From positions 1,458,761 to 1,522,760 of the forward strand of contig NMRA01000009.1 of the NCBI GenBank assembly GCA_002633005.1: a DNA stretch of 64,000 bases, written 5' to 3'. The notes under the pieces were generated by a model. It had not been told where the DNA came from. It worked only from the letters and a program-made list of their open reading frames with translations, and made no database searches. This stretch comes from Phoronis australis. Lineage: Eukaryota > Animalia > Phoronida. Position 1 is the stretch's first letter; each line of letters opens with the position of its first letter. This document shows positions 35,641 through 48,677 of this stretch, in pieces. A program made the translations under genes and the position numbers.

Positions 35641-36461
35641 AGTGAGCCTCGTTTTGGAACTCGCCTCCTGTCGGCGTGAATTAGGTCTATAGATGTGACA
35701 ATGACTGCCCATGACTTTTTTGACTGCTGCTATTCCTCCCCTCCCCGTTGCAATTTATTTTTTATTTGCCTATCTACATCTTCTGAATTCCTAGGTGTTT
35801 TTTCTTGAACTTTGGCAAACAAATTTCTATTGTGCAGATGACAGCATCTTTCCAATTTATGGTGGATTTGACATATTCTGCGCCATCTAGTGGCCATGTC
35901 AATTATTTTTTAGTTTTCTTTTTTGTCGCCTTGCTCTGTATCTACCAAACCGCTCAGGGGATCGTTATGAAAATTGGCAGATGTGTTCCTGCAGACACGA
36001 GCATGACTGGCATAAATTTCCAGATGGGTCCAACTACTGTGGTGCCCCCTAGTGATATTATTTTCGCATCTGTGGCTGTTTCTCTCTACTAAACCCATTG
36101 CAAGATCACAATTTGTTTAGTCTATTCCTATTCCTATTAACTTGACAACAGATGTACGGATTCATTGCTGTACCTTCTAATGGCAATTTGTTTTATTTTT
36201 GACATCTGCCTCTGTATCTTTGGAGTTCCGTGGTAGATTTTTGTGAAAGTTGACAAATAGTTTTGAAATAGAGGGACGACGATGCTTTCCCAATTTCTGA
36301 CGAGTTTGATGTATTCTGCGTCATTTGATGGCCACATTTATGATACTAAAAACACCATTAGGAGCACACCGTTTACGTTGCAGTTGTGGGCACATTTCAG
36401 CCCTCCCCGTTGCTCTTGTTTGTAGAGTCTACAATAAAGAGAAGTCTGAATGTTTGTAATA

Positions 36462-37838
36462 CCGTATTCGTCGCAATAACCGCCCAGGGCGCTTAGAAAA
36501 GTTCGGTTCAGGAGGGCGCTTGTTATAACCCAAGGCGGTTGAAACCCGGTCTCTGAAACGAGTGAAATCGGAAGCTAACATTCATCAAATTTACGCTCTG
36601 TGACGTATCTGTAATCTATGAAAGACTTTCAACAAAACTGTGGTGCATTGCTATCAAACTTTGCTGCTAAATTACGATCATACAGAAAATTGTGCTGAAA
36701 TCCCAGGGCGAAAACTCGCCGACTGACTGCTTCGAAATCGCCGTCTTCGATATGGCGACTTTAATGCTTGAATAAAAATAGTTTCGACCCAAGCAAATTA
36801 CCTGAAATCCTCATTAAGTTTTCTAAGTATCGTCCTTGCAGTCTGGATTAACGGCAGTTTTAAGTACAAACCTGTGCAACATCGTGCCATCTACATGTAA
36901 GATGGGCAACACGGCGAGAAAAATGTCTGGACGAACACAAATGTTGTTGTCACGTGACGTTTGTTTTGAAGTTCGTCTGCGAGTAAGCGAGCGCGTGCGT
37001 GTCACCAGAGTTCATTTGCCAAAGCAGAGACCGTCTTTTGGCCAGAGCCACGCAATCTAACGAGCTGGATGTGCATTGTGTCTAAAGAAATTTACACAAG
37101 CAATAGGCCTAAACCAGAGCGTGTTTCATTCAGCACTTGCCAGTCTCGTGCTAAAAACGTTCGACATTTGTCTCGCCAAGGCCCATATTAGTCGCCGTGT
37201 AGCTAGATGCGTACGTAACTATCTGTAAGGGTGTGTAAGCATTCACTGTCAGTAGCCATTTTATCGGATATTCGGCTTAAAAACACCAATTATGGTTAAT
37301 CAAACAATCCATTTCAAAAATAACGCAAACATGTTTTATAGTATTAGAAATTGTCGGAAATTAGTGCCAATATTCATTTCTTGCCGATGCTATGCTACCT
37401 GTTTCATGAATGGATAGTTCCAGACTAATGTCTTTGATGACAGGTTCATATATGTAGTGCGTGCTTCCTGGCCACGTGCGTTTAACACCGAGTTATTTTT
37501 ATTCATGAGACAGTCGATGTGTCTGTACTGAAAGGTCAGACCATAGTGGGACATGGTCATCGCGAGAGTAGCAACTCTGTTGCGTTCTTTTTGAAGTGCT
37601 GCGTTACTTTGAAGTGTATAATCACAGCTAAATACAAACGTAGCAGTGCCGCTGGTGGTCTAGAAGACCCGTGAAAAAAAAAGATAAATTGTAAACATTA
37701 CTGTAGCCGAGTTTTAGGACTGTAGGTACGTCATTGTTCGCATGTACACGTTCACAGACTGGGCGCTTATTTCAGCAAAGTCTGAAAACGCGTGGGGGGC
37801 GCTTATTGGGGCTTGGGCGGTTATTACGACGAATACGG
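36462..37838 (+). mobile_element. Tc1/mariner (pogo/Tc2-like) non-autonomous element, copy 1
   Basis: TA TSD. TIRs CCGTATTCGTCGCAATAACCGCCCA / TGGGCGGTTATTACGACGAATACGG. Colinear with 45410-46828. Confidence 0.9.
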
Positions 37839-39351
37839 TAGTTGAATTTTTTGTCACCAATTAATCAGGGATTTTGATCTTGAAACAAACATGTGAGATA
37901 AAACCATAACTTCATGGAAGACTGTGTTTAAGTTGGTTCAAAACTTTGAAAATTTTTGAAAATTTTATATTTTGGTCTTTGCTTACTACAACTGTATGAA
38001 ATTAGAGGTCATTGAAATGAGGCACCTCGGGCAAAAATGGGAAATTTACATGGGTTGCTGAAAATCCAGCTCTAATTAAATGAATGATTGAAATCCTTTT
38101 GAAATAGGGATAATTTTGTTGTACGATGTCAGTTTTATGTTCTAGTTATTTTTAATTAAATTGCTTCGGAGTAATTAAAATTTTTTATGTTATATTTTGA
38201 CGCCCGTCACATTTTCTATAAAATAAGAAGAAAGCATGTGCTGCTTTTGAACTATTTTGGCTGTAGCAGCATCACATGAGAATGTACAATATGACCTTCT
38301 TGAAAGCACCCCAGTTTCAAAATCATAATTACTCTGCTGGATTTTACTAGATGGCGATTATGTTATGATGTTGGAATTCTAAAATAAGTTGATAGGAACA
38401 ATCTTAAGGCAAGAAGTCACACTTGATGTCTACCGTTGAGTTTGCCTGTTGTTTAGTATGACGTTGTGAAATATGATGCAGCCCGCTGTTATCAAAAGTT
38501 GAAATAACGAAAATTCAATGCGAAATAAGTTAGCCAGTGTGTTTTATAAGTTAGCCTGTGTTGTAAAACAACGGCTGCTTTATGTTTTTTTTTGGCACAC
38601 TATGTTGGAAGGATTGTATTTAAGTGCATAATGCCATAATATCAGATGAATTAATTATACTGACTTGTTGAAAACACTTGTTCTGTGATGAAGACCAACT
38701 AATCACAGGTGCTGATATGCTAGGTCAGTCATCTCTCATGCTTTATAGAATTACTATTAAAATCATTGTTAATGCTTAATTCCTCAACTCCACACAAAAT
38801 GACCTTTGGCCAGCATTGCAGGTTGTGAGAGGGTGAACATGTGTAGCCAACTGCTGATTTTATTTTTTGGATGGAAAAATAGAAGGAAACGTTATTTTAA
38901 GAGTGTTTGTAATCTTCAAGCCCAACCTGCATTAGCTTTCAGGGCGACTCCCAAGTTCATCTGTTACGTAGTATGACCAGGGTTTGGAAAGCCTTTGGTG
39001 GTTTTGGGTGCAGTGTATCCTGCTACAGTGATTAACAGAATATTGTCTGTATTCAAAAGTCAAGTCTAACCTGTGTATTGCTATCTACCCTAAAGATGGA
39101 GTGGTTTAGTAGCAATCACTCTTGTACACAGAATTTATTAAACACACTGACGGTGCTGTCTATTACTGCTTTAATGGGCATGCGATCGAACTCCCAGTAT
39201 ATTGAACATGTACAGTAAGTTTGAACAAATGTCCATCAAGGCAATAATAGACCCCGTTGTCATGTATTCAAATGAATTCTAGTCTGAAGATGGCGTATTA
39301 ATGGTGTGTCTGTCTGTGTGTTCAGTTTCTCATTGTTTCGCATTTTTGTAG

Positions 39352-39549
39352 GCCATCTATAATATGGTTGGACAAAGCACAGACGAGAAAGTTAATGAAG
39401 AATCTCCCGAGAAGAGAACGGAGACAATATTTGAGAAAATGGATGACAACAAAGATGGCGTGCTAACAAAAGAAGAATTTATTAATGGCTGTTTGAACGA
39501 CCAATTTCTATGTCAAATGTTAACTGCCAGTGACCAGTTTGCTGCATAA
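39352..39549 (+). CDS. ncs-2: Neuronal calcium sensor, coding exon 3 (EF4, stop)
   Basis: Acceptor catttttgtAG (39350-39351). AIYNMVG...SPEKRTETIFEKMDDNKDGVLTKEEFINGCLNDQFLCQMLTASDQFAA-TAA. The spliced product is 36+91+65=192 aa, the typical NCS length. Confidence 0.96.
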   Translation, partial: AIYNMVGQSTDEKVNEESPEKRTETIFEKMDDNKDGVLTKEEFINGCLNDQFLCQMLTASDQFAA

Positions 39550-42500
39550 CTTTACAGTGACACCATTGGTTTGCTGTAATATGGTTAACCTTGGCAAGGT
39601 GGTTTTTCTTGGAGCTGTTCATACAATTTAACTTTAGCCATAACTGAGACGTACAATTTAACTTGAGCTAGTTCTAGTAATTGTGTCAGATATGTACCGA
39701 ATTAGAATTCGGTTGTGATGACTAGGTTAGACAGTTCTATGTTTTGCCAACTGGGAAAAGTCTGTATGTCAGCACCATCTTTAGTTGCTTACTTTGGCAA
39801 GTGTTTCAACTCCGGTTGCTGGATTCCACTAGCAACAGTGCTTAGTGTTTAGTTGTGTGTTTTTATAGACTGGAACATGTATACATTCCTTCTACCTATT
39901 TAGAATATTATTTTATGAATCTGAAGTGTTAGTTTAAAACTTACAACCTTGCAATTCATTCTGATGATATACTTGAATGACGATTTATCGTGTTTAAATA
40001 TTGCAAAATTTTATGCGTTTTGAATTTTGGTTTGATGCATTTTGTTCCACTGTTGCTGCTGTGAGAGATCATGACTAGGAAACTGGAAATAATCTTTAAT
40101 CGATCAGTGATCAGAGAATAGGTTTTGATACATATATATACATGATCTATTTATTACTATATTAACTCGGTACAAGCCCATTGGACTTTTAACTGAGGTG
40201 CTCCAAAATGTGAGTGAGGTTGTATCTGGGTAGGCTTATTGTCAAACATTCTTGAGTAAGCCTATGGGCTTGCCTCGCAGATTCGTTCATAAGCCCATGG
40301 ACTTCTGTGACCTAGAACGTGAATTGGTCTTGAGTGAAACAGTTTTTATGAACCTGCATTGCTGGAAAAGCACATAATGTCAAGTATTTCAAATCCTTGA
40401 CCAGTAGTTAGTGTAGGGCATGATGTTTTTTGACACATTGGTCATGAGTACATTCTGTGAAGAAAGCATCTTGAAACCATTTTCAAAACATGTCTTTTAA
40501 AAAATGCAGATTCTGAATTTTGCAAAATGTAAATCTGTCAACTATGAATAACGGTATTGTTTTCATGCCTTAAGCATATAGATTTGAACATTTTTTGCTT
40601 TCAGTGCCTGCCAGTGAGTTGGTAAGGGATGTGCAGAGATATGACCCAAAGTTATGAAAATATATCAAACTAAGGCAAAATCTTGCCAATTAAGGACACT
40701 ATATGGTGGATATTAGAGTGAAATTCTAAGATTTGTACCATAGCTACCATCAGATATTTTTGGGGGGAAATTGTGGGCATTTGCAAAGATTGTAAAAGCT
40801 TTTGAAATAATTAAGAGGTTGATTTTGACAATTATTTTTGTCTGACATTGGTGAGATTTTGCCTTAATACTTGATTGTAAGCATGTGGCAGTTTGGTTTA
40901 GCACTAAAATGTCTGCAAGTTAACTTGGATGTTATCTTTTGTGTAGCTTTATGTAATATGAGTGCACTTGGTTCACCCTCGCGGGTCTGCTTTTCGGCGC
41001 ATTGGATTGGTTCTTAGTGATGTTATCTGGCTTGCAAAGCACATGTCTTATGCAGTTGACTTGGCTGAACTGTTGAAGTGAATCAAGTGTAGCATATGTC
41101 TCTGAGTAGATATGTTTTTGTAAGTTTGCTGAAATCAGTTTTTGGCACAATGATAATTTAGATGGTAAGTCTTCAGGACCTCATACTGAAGTACAGTCGA
41201 CGCTTTGGGGCTTGTCAGTCGCTTTGAATGGTTAAGTTAAATCTTTGATCGAAGTTAAGAGCGCGAGTTAACTTTGCAGTAAACAGATGTATTTCACAGT
41301 TGGGCATCGCCACTTCAATGCGGACTGAAAGGTTAGCTGAAATGTCTTCGAAGTTATCGGCCTGTATCACTGTTAATATTAACACATGTTGTTGTATTAT
41401 TTGATAATGTTTTCTTCAAATATTCACCTTTCTGCCACTATAAGCACTTCATTTTAGTTTCGATATTGGAGCATATATATACGATACGATTTAAAAAAAT
41501 ATTCTTGTATAGCATTTTCAGAGCGCCATCTTGGCAATGTACTAAACTTAGATGACAGGCATCAAACTGCGATATCTTTGTTGTTCATTAACTACTGAAG
41601 CTCTTCCAGTACTGTAGCTAAGTGGGTACAAAAGGGCCTTTTAACTAAGGGCTTGGGTGTGCCCATATGAGATGAACTTGAATCCAGTATGGGGTGGTAA
41701 CTGAAGCATTTGGGTAACAGTTGTAACAAGTGTGTATATTTGAATCAATTCACTAAACTTATTAGACGTGATTACGTGTAATGATTTGTACACATTTATA
41801 TCTGTAGTTAAGTTAAAGGATTGTGGCGTGAGCTTTAAATATGCTTGAGGGCTGTGTGTTTTTGTTTTGTGAAGCTGCTAGCTGTACTTAGATATCTAGT
41901 CAATTCTTTCCAATCAACTTGCACCTATGAATGTGGCAACTCGTATTTCTTACTGTTATCACAGGTTTTCTGCTTCAAACTGTTAATAGTGTTCATCAAT
42001 AAATAAATACATATCTTTTGTGTATTAATTATGTTATAACAAATGGTCAGATCAGTGTAGTAGAAGGTCTCTAACCTATTCGGTAATCAGGTGCATTGAT
42101 TTGTTGTCAATTCTCTGGTAGCTTTTTGAAATTCTGTGAACTGTCAGAAGATTTTAAGCGTTAGCATCAGCTTAATTCTCAGTAACACTCCTTCGCTGCT
42201 TCATCAAGTTTTTGTATTTAGAACTGTTTCAGTCTGTCATGTTCTGATAAACACAACACATTAAAATAAGGTTCTATACTCTAGACATTTTCTGTGTAAA
42301 AACTATGGTAATTCACTTATTTTGCACAAAAATAATTGCTAAAATCCTAGAGGTCAGTGTTTTGATTCCTAGTTGGGGCTCTCGGTTGTTTATGTGTTTG
42401 ATATATTTCACTATTGGCCAACCTCTGTGTCTATATTTGCCAAAATCCTCATTTAAAGGTTGGTCAGCTTCATGCCTCTAATGTTGTTTTACGGCACTGC

Positions 42501-43160
42501 AAAATGTGCTGGTAATAAACTAAAATTTCCTTATCTTTATTTTGTGGAGAAGTGTGACAGAATAGCATTTCACCTGTCAGCCATGTTGTGTGTTAACTAA
42601 GTGAAGACTTACCATATTTGTTCACCAAGCACCTCCAAGTGTATAGCTAGTGTGCACAGTGATGGAGTGTTCTTTCCCTGGACAGTCATAACTGTACTTG
42701 AAATATTTCTAGTCTTAAGTGTTATGCTTTTGGCTCAATACTAGCTGATTAGTTGTACAGTCCTACTAATATGGTGACAACGGGGTCGGTGTAGTAAAAA
42801 TTCAATGGGTAAAATGTCTGATTTTCATCAGTGAATATACTTTTTTGTTTGGAATGTCTACACTGACGTAATTTTCGGAATAGTTTGTTGTAAGAATGGA
42901 TATCACATATTTGAAATCTGATTTTTTATCACCAGAACTCTCCTTGTTGTGATGATTTGTTATTCGGACTTTACGTTACCATTTGTATAAAGTTTCCCAA
43001 ATGTGTGAGTGTTTATACTTAAAATTGTATATTGACTGCACACTTCCGATGTTTTCGTGTTGTAAATTATATTCGAAGTGTATTAATCAATTTCATTTTG
43101 AATTCTTGTAACTTTTGTTCTATGTGTCGAACATAAATAAAGAAAAGAAATGTATGGTAT
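39550..43160 (+). other. Probable long 3'UTR of the NCS gene
   Basis: T-rich sequence without recognisable transposon ends after the stop codon. AATAAA at 41998, 42002 and 43136, each followed by GT/T-rich sequence. The true end is not determinable from sequence. Confidence 0.45.
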
Positions 43161-44561
43161 TGTTTGCTTAAGCTAAGAGCAATGGATGCAGTAAATGAAT
43201 TCTGTTTTTGTTGCAGTGTATCTTGGTTATGCTGCTTTGGTTCAATGTACACCAAATGAAATTGTTTCCAATTTGGGACATTCAAAAATAGTTTTTAAAG
43301 CTGTACCTGGATGTACTTTGGCCCAATTGCAAGGGTCACTAGTCCTTGATCATCTAAGCATCCAGATGACAAACCTACCACAAGCTGATAATTACTGCTG
43401 TCTACTCAGACATTTGTGGTAGGGTATGTTGATGGAGTGTAACTATCTCACATAGATGAAGTAGATCATGACATCTGCTTGTCACATGGTCTCGTGTCAA
43501 TGATCATCTTGGTGCCGCATCAGCTAGCTCTATGACGGCACCACATAAAGCTGACGTTGTCCCGTAATGTCCAGAATTGAAGAATCGGAAAAATCTTGAT
43601 TGTTGAATTGTGGAAGGAGTGAGTGTTGTTCATTAAAGGGTTTCAAGTTTCATTTGTGGTTGGTTGTTAGTGCACAGTGTTCACACTTTGAAAGCAATGA
43701 TGCTAACATTGATCTGTTCCCATTTTTCAGAGCAGTGCAGCTTGCTCTAATCTAACTAATGAACCGTTTCATTGAGGTGGCTTTAAGTACTGATAATTAA
43801 GTGTTGTAACACTTACACCATGCTGGTACTTCTCTTCGCAACCTGAAAGCTTGACTGATGCCCTCCTTCTTTTTATGTTCCTACTTATATGGCTGCATAT
43901 TGCCTGTATCTCTTTTCCAGCATCTAGCATCCACCTTTCTATTTTGGGAGACGACATCTTTGGAAAGAATATGATAACCGTTTGTAGTAGTGAGTTCAAA
44001 TGGAGCATTCCTTTACCATGAACATTTGTCAGAAATGGCTGACGATTTCACACATTTGACAAATTTTGCTAACTGCCTGGATTTTTAGAATGGAATATTA
44101 TGTACATTTGCATAAAATCAGAAGCTACATCCTTGCTATAGTAAGTACCGATGTGTTTAAAATTGAGGGGTTCACTTTGATTGTTCAATTCGGGCACTTT
44201 GCAAGAAGTTTAGAGGATAATAAGTGTCGCTGCTCTCATGTTTTTTGTTGCTTTTGTTGTACAAAGGAAACCATGACTTGAAAGTCTTGGTGTTTTTCAA
44301 TAGGTGGAGCAACCAGTCATGAGGCAAAGTGCAGTACGTTGTATTCATTGACAGCTTGTAAATGTGAAAACAAAAAATTCTACAAATAGATAACCTTAGC
44401 ACTCGGCTAATGATGCACCTCTTTGGCTCACATACATTGCCGGAATTACGTGTTATTCCCCTGCACACGTCACGATACTTACAAGTCATGTTCAGTGATT
44501 TGCGGCAAATCATTTCCGTGACAAATCTTGTTCTTAAAAATATTTGTCAAATGTCAACCTA

Positions 44562-44800
44562 CCGTATTCGCCCTGATAAGTGTCCATGCCCCTATAAGCA
44601 CCCCCACGCATTTTCAGACTTGGCTAAAACAAGCGCCCAGTCCATGAACGTGTACATGTGAAAAATGCCTTACCTACAGATCTAAAATTCTATAGTAACG
44701 TCTTTAATTTATCAATAAGATCCGACAGTCCTGAAGAAAGTCATTGAGCACGGAATTTGTAAACCACGAATGCCCTGGGCGCTTATTAGGGTGAACACAG
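44562..44800 (-). mobile_element. Short, diverged, inverted relative of the same Tc1/mariner family
   Basis: TA flanks, CCGTATTCGCCCTGATAAG / CTTATTAGGGTGAACACAG ends. The first about 150 bp are the reverse complement of the 3' end of the long copies. Confidence 0.8.
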
Positions 44801-45409
44801 TACTTCATATTCTCATCGTCGCTATATGCTGTGTTTAGGAATACATTTGCTCTTCAAGGGATTTAGGAGATTCAGTAGCCATCGCAGTAGACGCCCACAC
44901 GATAGTATGCAGAATATAATTTTTTTGTCTGGCAAGTGAACTGTCAATTACGTGGTGTCGTTAGGTAAATATCTACTAAATTGGAACTTGACACATTAAT
45001 TCCTTATATCTGTGTTTGCTTGGCCAAATTAAATTTGGCGTCTACTGTGTTGGCTGCTGAATCTCCCAAATCCTGTGAAGGCAAATGAAGGGCTCGACGC
45101 TATTAAAATTGCCAGGTCGCATTTTGCGACCTAGCCAGAATCCCAGGTCGCATTTCCAAAATCCAGCTCGCATTCATCAAGGCCAGGTCGCAAAATTTTC
45201 CCACCATTTTTATGCGCCAAAATTGATTTTTTAGATCATTGAGAAAATGTTTAGATTATGCTCTTACCTGCAGTGTTAAATACTCACAAATTTCAGATCC
45301 CAAAAAGTGACTTCGTTCATGCAGGTACGGCGTTAGCCTACTGTTCTTCATGACCGCTATTGAAAGTCTCTAGAGCACAAGGCAAGTTGCCAACCTGAAA
45401 GTTGAATTA

Positions 45410-46828
45410 CCGTATTCGCCGTAATAACCGCCCAGGGCGCTTAGAAAAGTTCGGTTCAGGGGGGCTTATTATAACCCAAGGCGGTTGAAGCCCGGTCTCC
45501 GAAATGGGTGAAATCGGAAGCTACGTTTCATCAAATTTACGCTCTGTGATGTATCTGTAATCTATGAAAGACTTCCAACAAAACTGTGGTGCATTGCTAT
45601 CAAACTTTGCTGCTAAATTACGATCATTTTACAGAAAATTGTGCTGAAATCCCAGGGCGAAAACTCGCTGACTGACTGCCTCAAAATTGCCGTCTTCGAT
45701 ATGGGGACTTCAATGCTTGAATAAAAATAGTTTCGACTCAACCAAATTACCTGAAATCCTCATTAAGTTTTCTAAGTGGCATCCCTAAGATTTTTTTTTA
45801 AAATTCCCGTGGAGTCTGGATTAACGGCAGTTTTAAGTACAAATCTGTGCAACATCGTGCCATCTACATGTATGATCGGCAACACGGCGATAAAAATGTC
45901 TGGACGAACACACATGTTGTTGTCACGTGACGTTTGTTTCGAAGTTCGTCTGCGAGTAAGCGAGCGCGTGCGTGTCACCAGAGTTCATTTGCCAAAGCAG
46001 AGACCGTCTTTTGGCCAGAGCCACGCAATCTAACGAGCTAGATGTGCATTGTGTCTAAAGAAATTTGCACAAACTGTAGGCCTAAACCAGAGCGTGCTTC
46101 ATTCAGCACGTGCCGGTCTCGTGCTAAAAATGTTCGACATTTGTTTCAGTAAGGCCCATATTAGTCGCCGTGTAGCTGGATGCGTACATAACTATCTGAC
46201 AGTTATTTTTCGGTGTAAGGGTACGTAAGCATTCACTGTCAGTTGTCATTTTATCGGATATTTGGTTTAAAAACACCAATAATGGTTAATCAAACAATCC
46301 ATCTAAAAAATAACGCAAACATCTTTTATAGTGTTAGAAATTGTCGGAAATTAGTGCCAATATTCATTTCTTACCAATGCTCTGCTACCCGTTTCATAAA
46401 TGGATAGTTCCAGACTAATGTCTTTGATGACAAGTTCATATATGTAGCGAGCGCTTCCTGGCCACGTGCGTTTAACACCGAGTTATTTTTATTCATGAGA
46501 CAGTCGATGTGTCTACTGAAAGGTCAGACCATAGTGGGACATGGTCATCGCGAGAGTAGCAACGCTGTTGCGTTCGTTTTGAAGTGCTGCGTTACTTTGA
46601 AGTGTATAGTCACGGCTAAATACAAACTTAGCAGTGCCGCTGGTGGTCTAGAAGACCCGTGCAAAACTTTTTTGATAAATTGAAGACGTTACTGTAGCCG
46701 AGTTTTAGAACTGTAGGTACGTCGTTGTTCGCATGTACACGTTCATGGACTGGGCGCTTATTTCAGCAAAGTCTGAAAACGCGTGGGGGCGCTTATAGGG
46801 GCATGGGCGGTTATTACGGCGAATACGG
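45410..46828 (+). mobile_element. Tc1/mariner (pogo/Tc2-like) non-autonomous element, copy 2
   Basis: TA TSD. TIRs CCGTATTCGCCGTAATAACCGCCCA / TGGGCGGTTATTACGGCGAATACGG. Nested in the hAT-like element. Confidence 0.9.
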
Positions 46829-48677
46829 TAGTGCTCTCTAACTGACGTGCATTCGAGTAGCTAAGTTTGCGATGTGAAAAAGGAGAAAACGCCCGTTGAA
46901 AAAGTATTCGTGATTTTGCTAGGTCTGACCAGCTACTGGCTGGCATCAAAGATTCAAACTTACTCTAAGGGCAAATTTCCTCCGGTTTTTGTTCGCCGCC
47001 CAAGTTTTGCAACTTAACTCATGTTTGAAAAACATCTGTTGAAAAAAAAATCTTTGAAACGATGCCCTAACCGAATAAACAATTCAGTGCAAATTTAACA
47101 ACAAAAATGTGGTACTTATGCTGTTAAGGTACTCAACAATTAGTTTTCCATGAAGTGAATAGCCTCCAAATAATTCTCGTCTCCCTCCGTGAGGGTTTTG
47201 CATCGGGTAATGGCAAGTTTGCTCCTCAGTACCTTCCAAGTAGGGGAAAAATAGGTCAGTCACAAAACGACACGCATGTCACTAGTGTTAACTTTCTTTC
47301 GGAGGTATAAAACAAAGCCGAGATTTGGTTTTTACATATTGAGAAAAGACGTATTTGAAAATGGAATTTGTTGTGTAAAATGAGAGTGACACACCATATA
47401 GGCTGCATGCCAATTTTAAACCACGCGCGGTCATTTGTAGTGCGCTATAATGGGCGCTAGTCTGAACTGTGGGCGCTTAATTGGTTGAGGGTGAACGCTT
47501 AGTAGATCAGTGAGCGCTTATTGTAAAACACTTTAAAGGTAGGGAGTAGGCTTGTGTGTGAGCATTGTTGCTAACCTGAGTGTTTGTGGTAATAAGATAT
47601 TAAAAGACTGCAATGGTAAGAAATGTTATAATAATACGATTTTGCGGGGCAAACTCCATCTAGGAGGGGTGACTTTCTGGATATCGTTACCACCTACACT
47701 GTATCCTTTTTAGCCACCCGCAATAATTTTGTTTTTAATTGCCCACTTCAGCCGGAACAAGATTGTTTCTTTTGGAGTATGAACATTTTCACGGCGGGGG
47801 TGGTCCAGAGAGCGAAAATTTGCTGGGGGGGAGGCATATGAAGAGAAGAATAAAACGTTCGCTAACCACAATATCACATCTAGTACCCGTTTAGTTGCAG
47901 TAGCTGGCTACGGGCATAGAATATAGCGTTTAGAGAACATCGACCTCGAGAAACATCGGAACCAGAAAATATCAGTTCTGGGTTATATCCATCCCGGGGA
48001 ATATCGTAAAGCGTCAGGTCTTTTATAACCCATGCCATGAACATTCCCACTAAATAAGATTGCCCCAAACCCCGCCGATCAGAGAAAACGGTGGGGTTTG
48101 GCTGATTGAACTAGACCGTATTTATCTACCTTGGCTGCGTTGTGCTCAGTTCACGATCAAAGGGATCCTGCCTAGCTGCTCTATTCATCGAGTCACGAGC
48201 GAAAAAAATTGGCTTCGCTCATGTGGATACGATCAGCTGATTACAATCTAGCCTAGATGACCGTACTTTTAATGGAGAGCGTTTTACGTAGTTTTGAGTG
48301 TAATATTTGAAAAGAGGAGAGACAAAAAAATGCTGGTACAAGTTTGAATTTTTCAAATCGGCCCAGAATAAGAGATTTAGCAACACAGCAACACTCACGA
48401 TTACTTTCATTCGGCGCGCACGAATACAAAAATATAGGACCCAAGTTAGGATAATATAGAACTACTCTGTATGTTATTTAGATTTTGGAACACATGCATT
48501 GCAATATTCAAAATACGTTTATTATAGCTCTTACAAGCTGTAAAATGATGTTGTTTAATTTCATTGTGCTTATTCCATTGTCATCCGTCAAATCAGAAAT
48601 TTCCGAGATGTGATCTGCGGCGTGCGCCTATGTATACAAAACACGGGATCGTTATGTTCCTGAAGTACAAACATTAA

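Larger units (their letters stand above)
34094..35688 (-). mobile_element. ISL2EU/PIF-Harbinger-related element with THAP remnant
   Basis: About 55-bp imperfect TIRs AGACCCAATTCACGC..CGAGGCTCACTGCGATA / TATCGTAGTGAGCCTCG..GCGTGAATTAGGTCT. AT (or TATA) target duplication. Minus-strand ORF remnant KDAEMRKHWVVAIRRDERKYVCEK near the right end. Confidence 0.7.
31113..36420 (+). mobile_element. Helentron-associated non-autonomous element (HINE/DINE-1-like) with internal satellite, outer copy
   Basis: 5' T-run then hairpin ATGCGTCCACATA-TTTA-TATGTGAGCGCAT. About 150-bp tandem monomers. 3' subterminal inverted copy TGTGGGCACA, short stem-loop remnant and CTCTTGTT end. No TSD. Interrupted by two insertions. 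Confidence 0.8.

Noticed and set aside
36823-37060. Duplicated small ORFs, also at 45772-46033
   Set aside because: Shared only because they lie in two copies of one non-autonomous element. No transposase motif.
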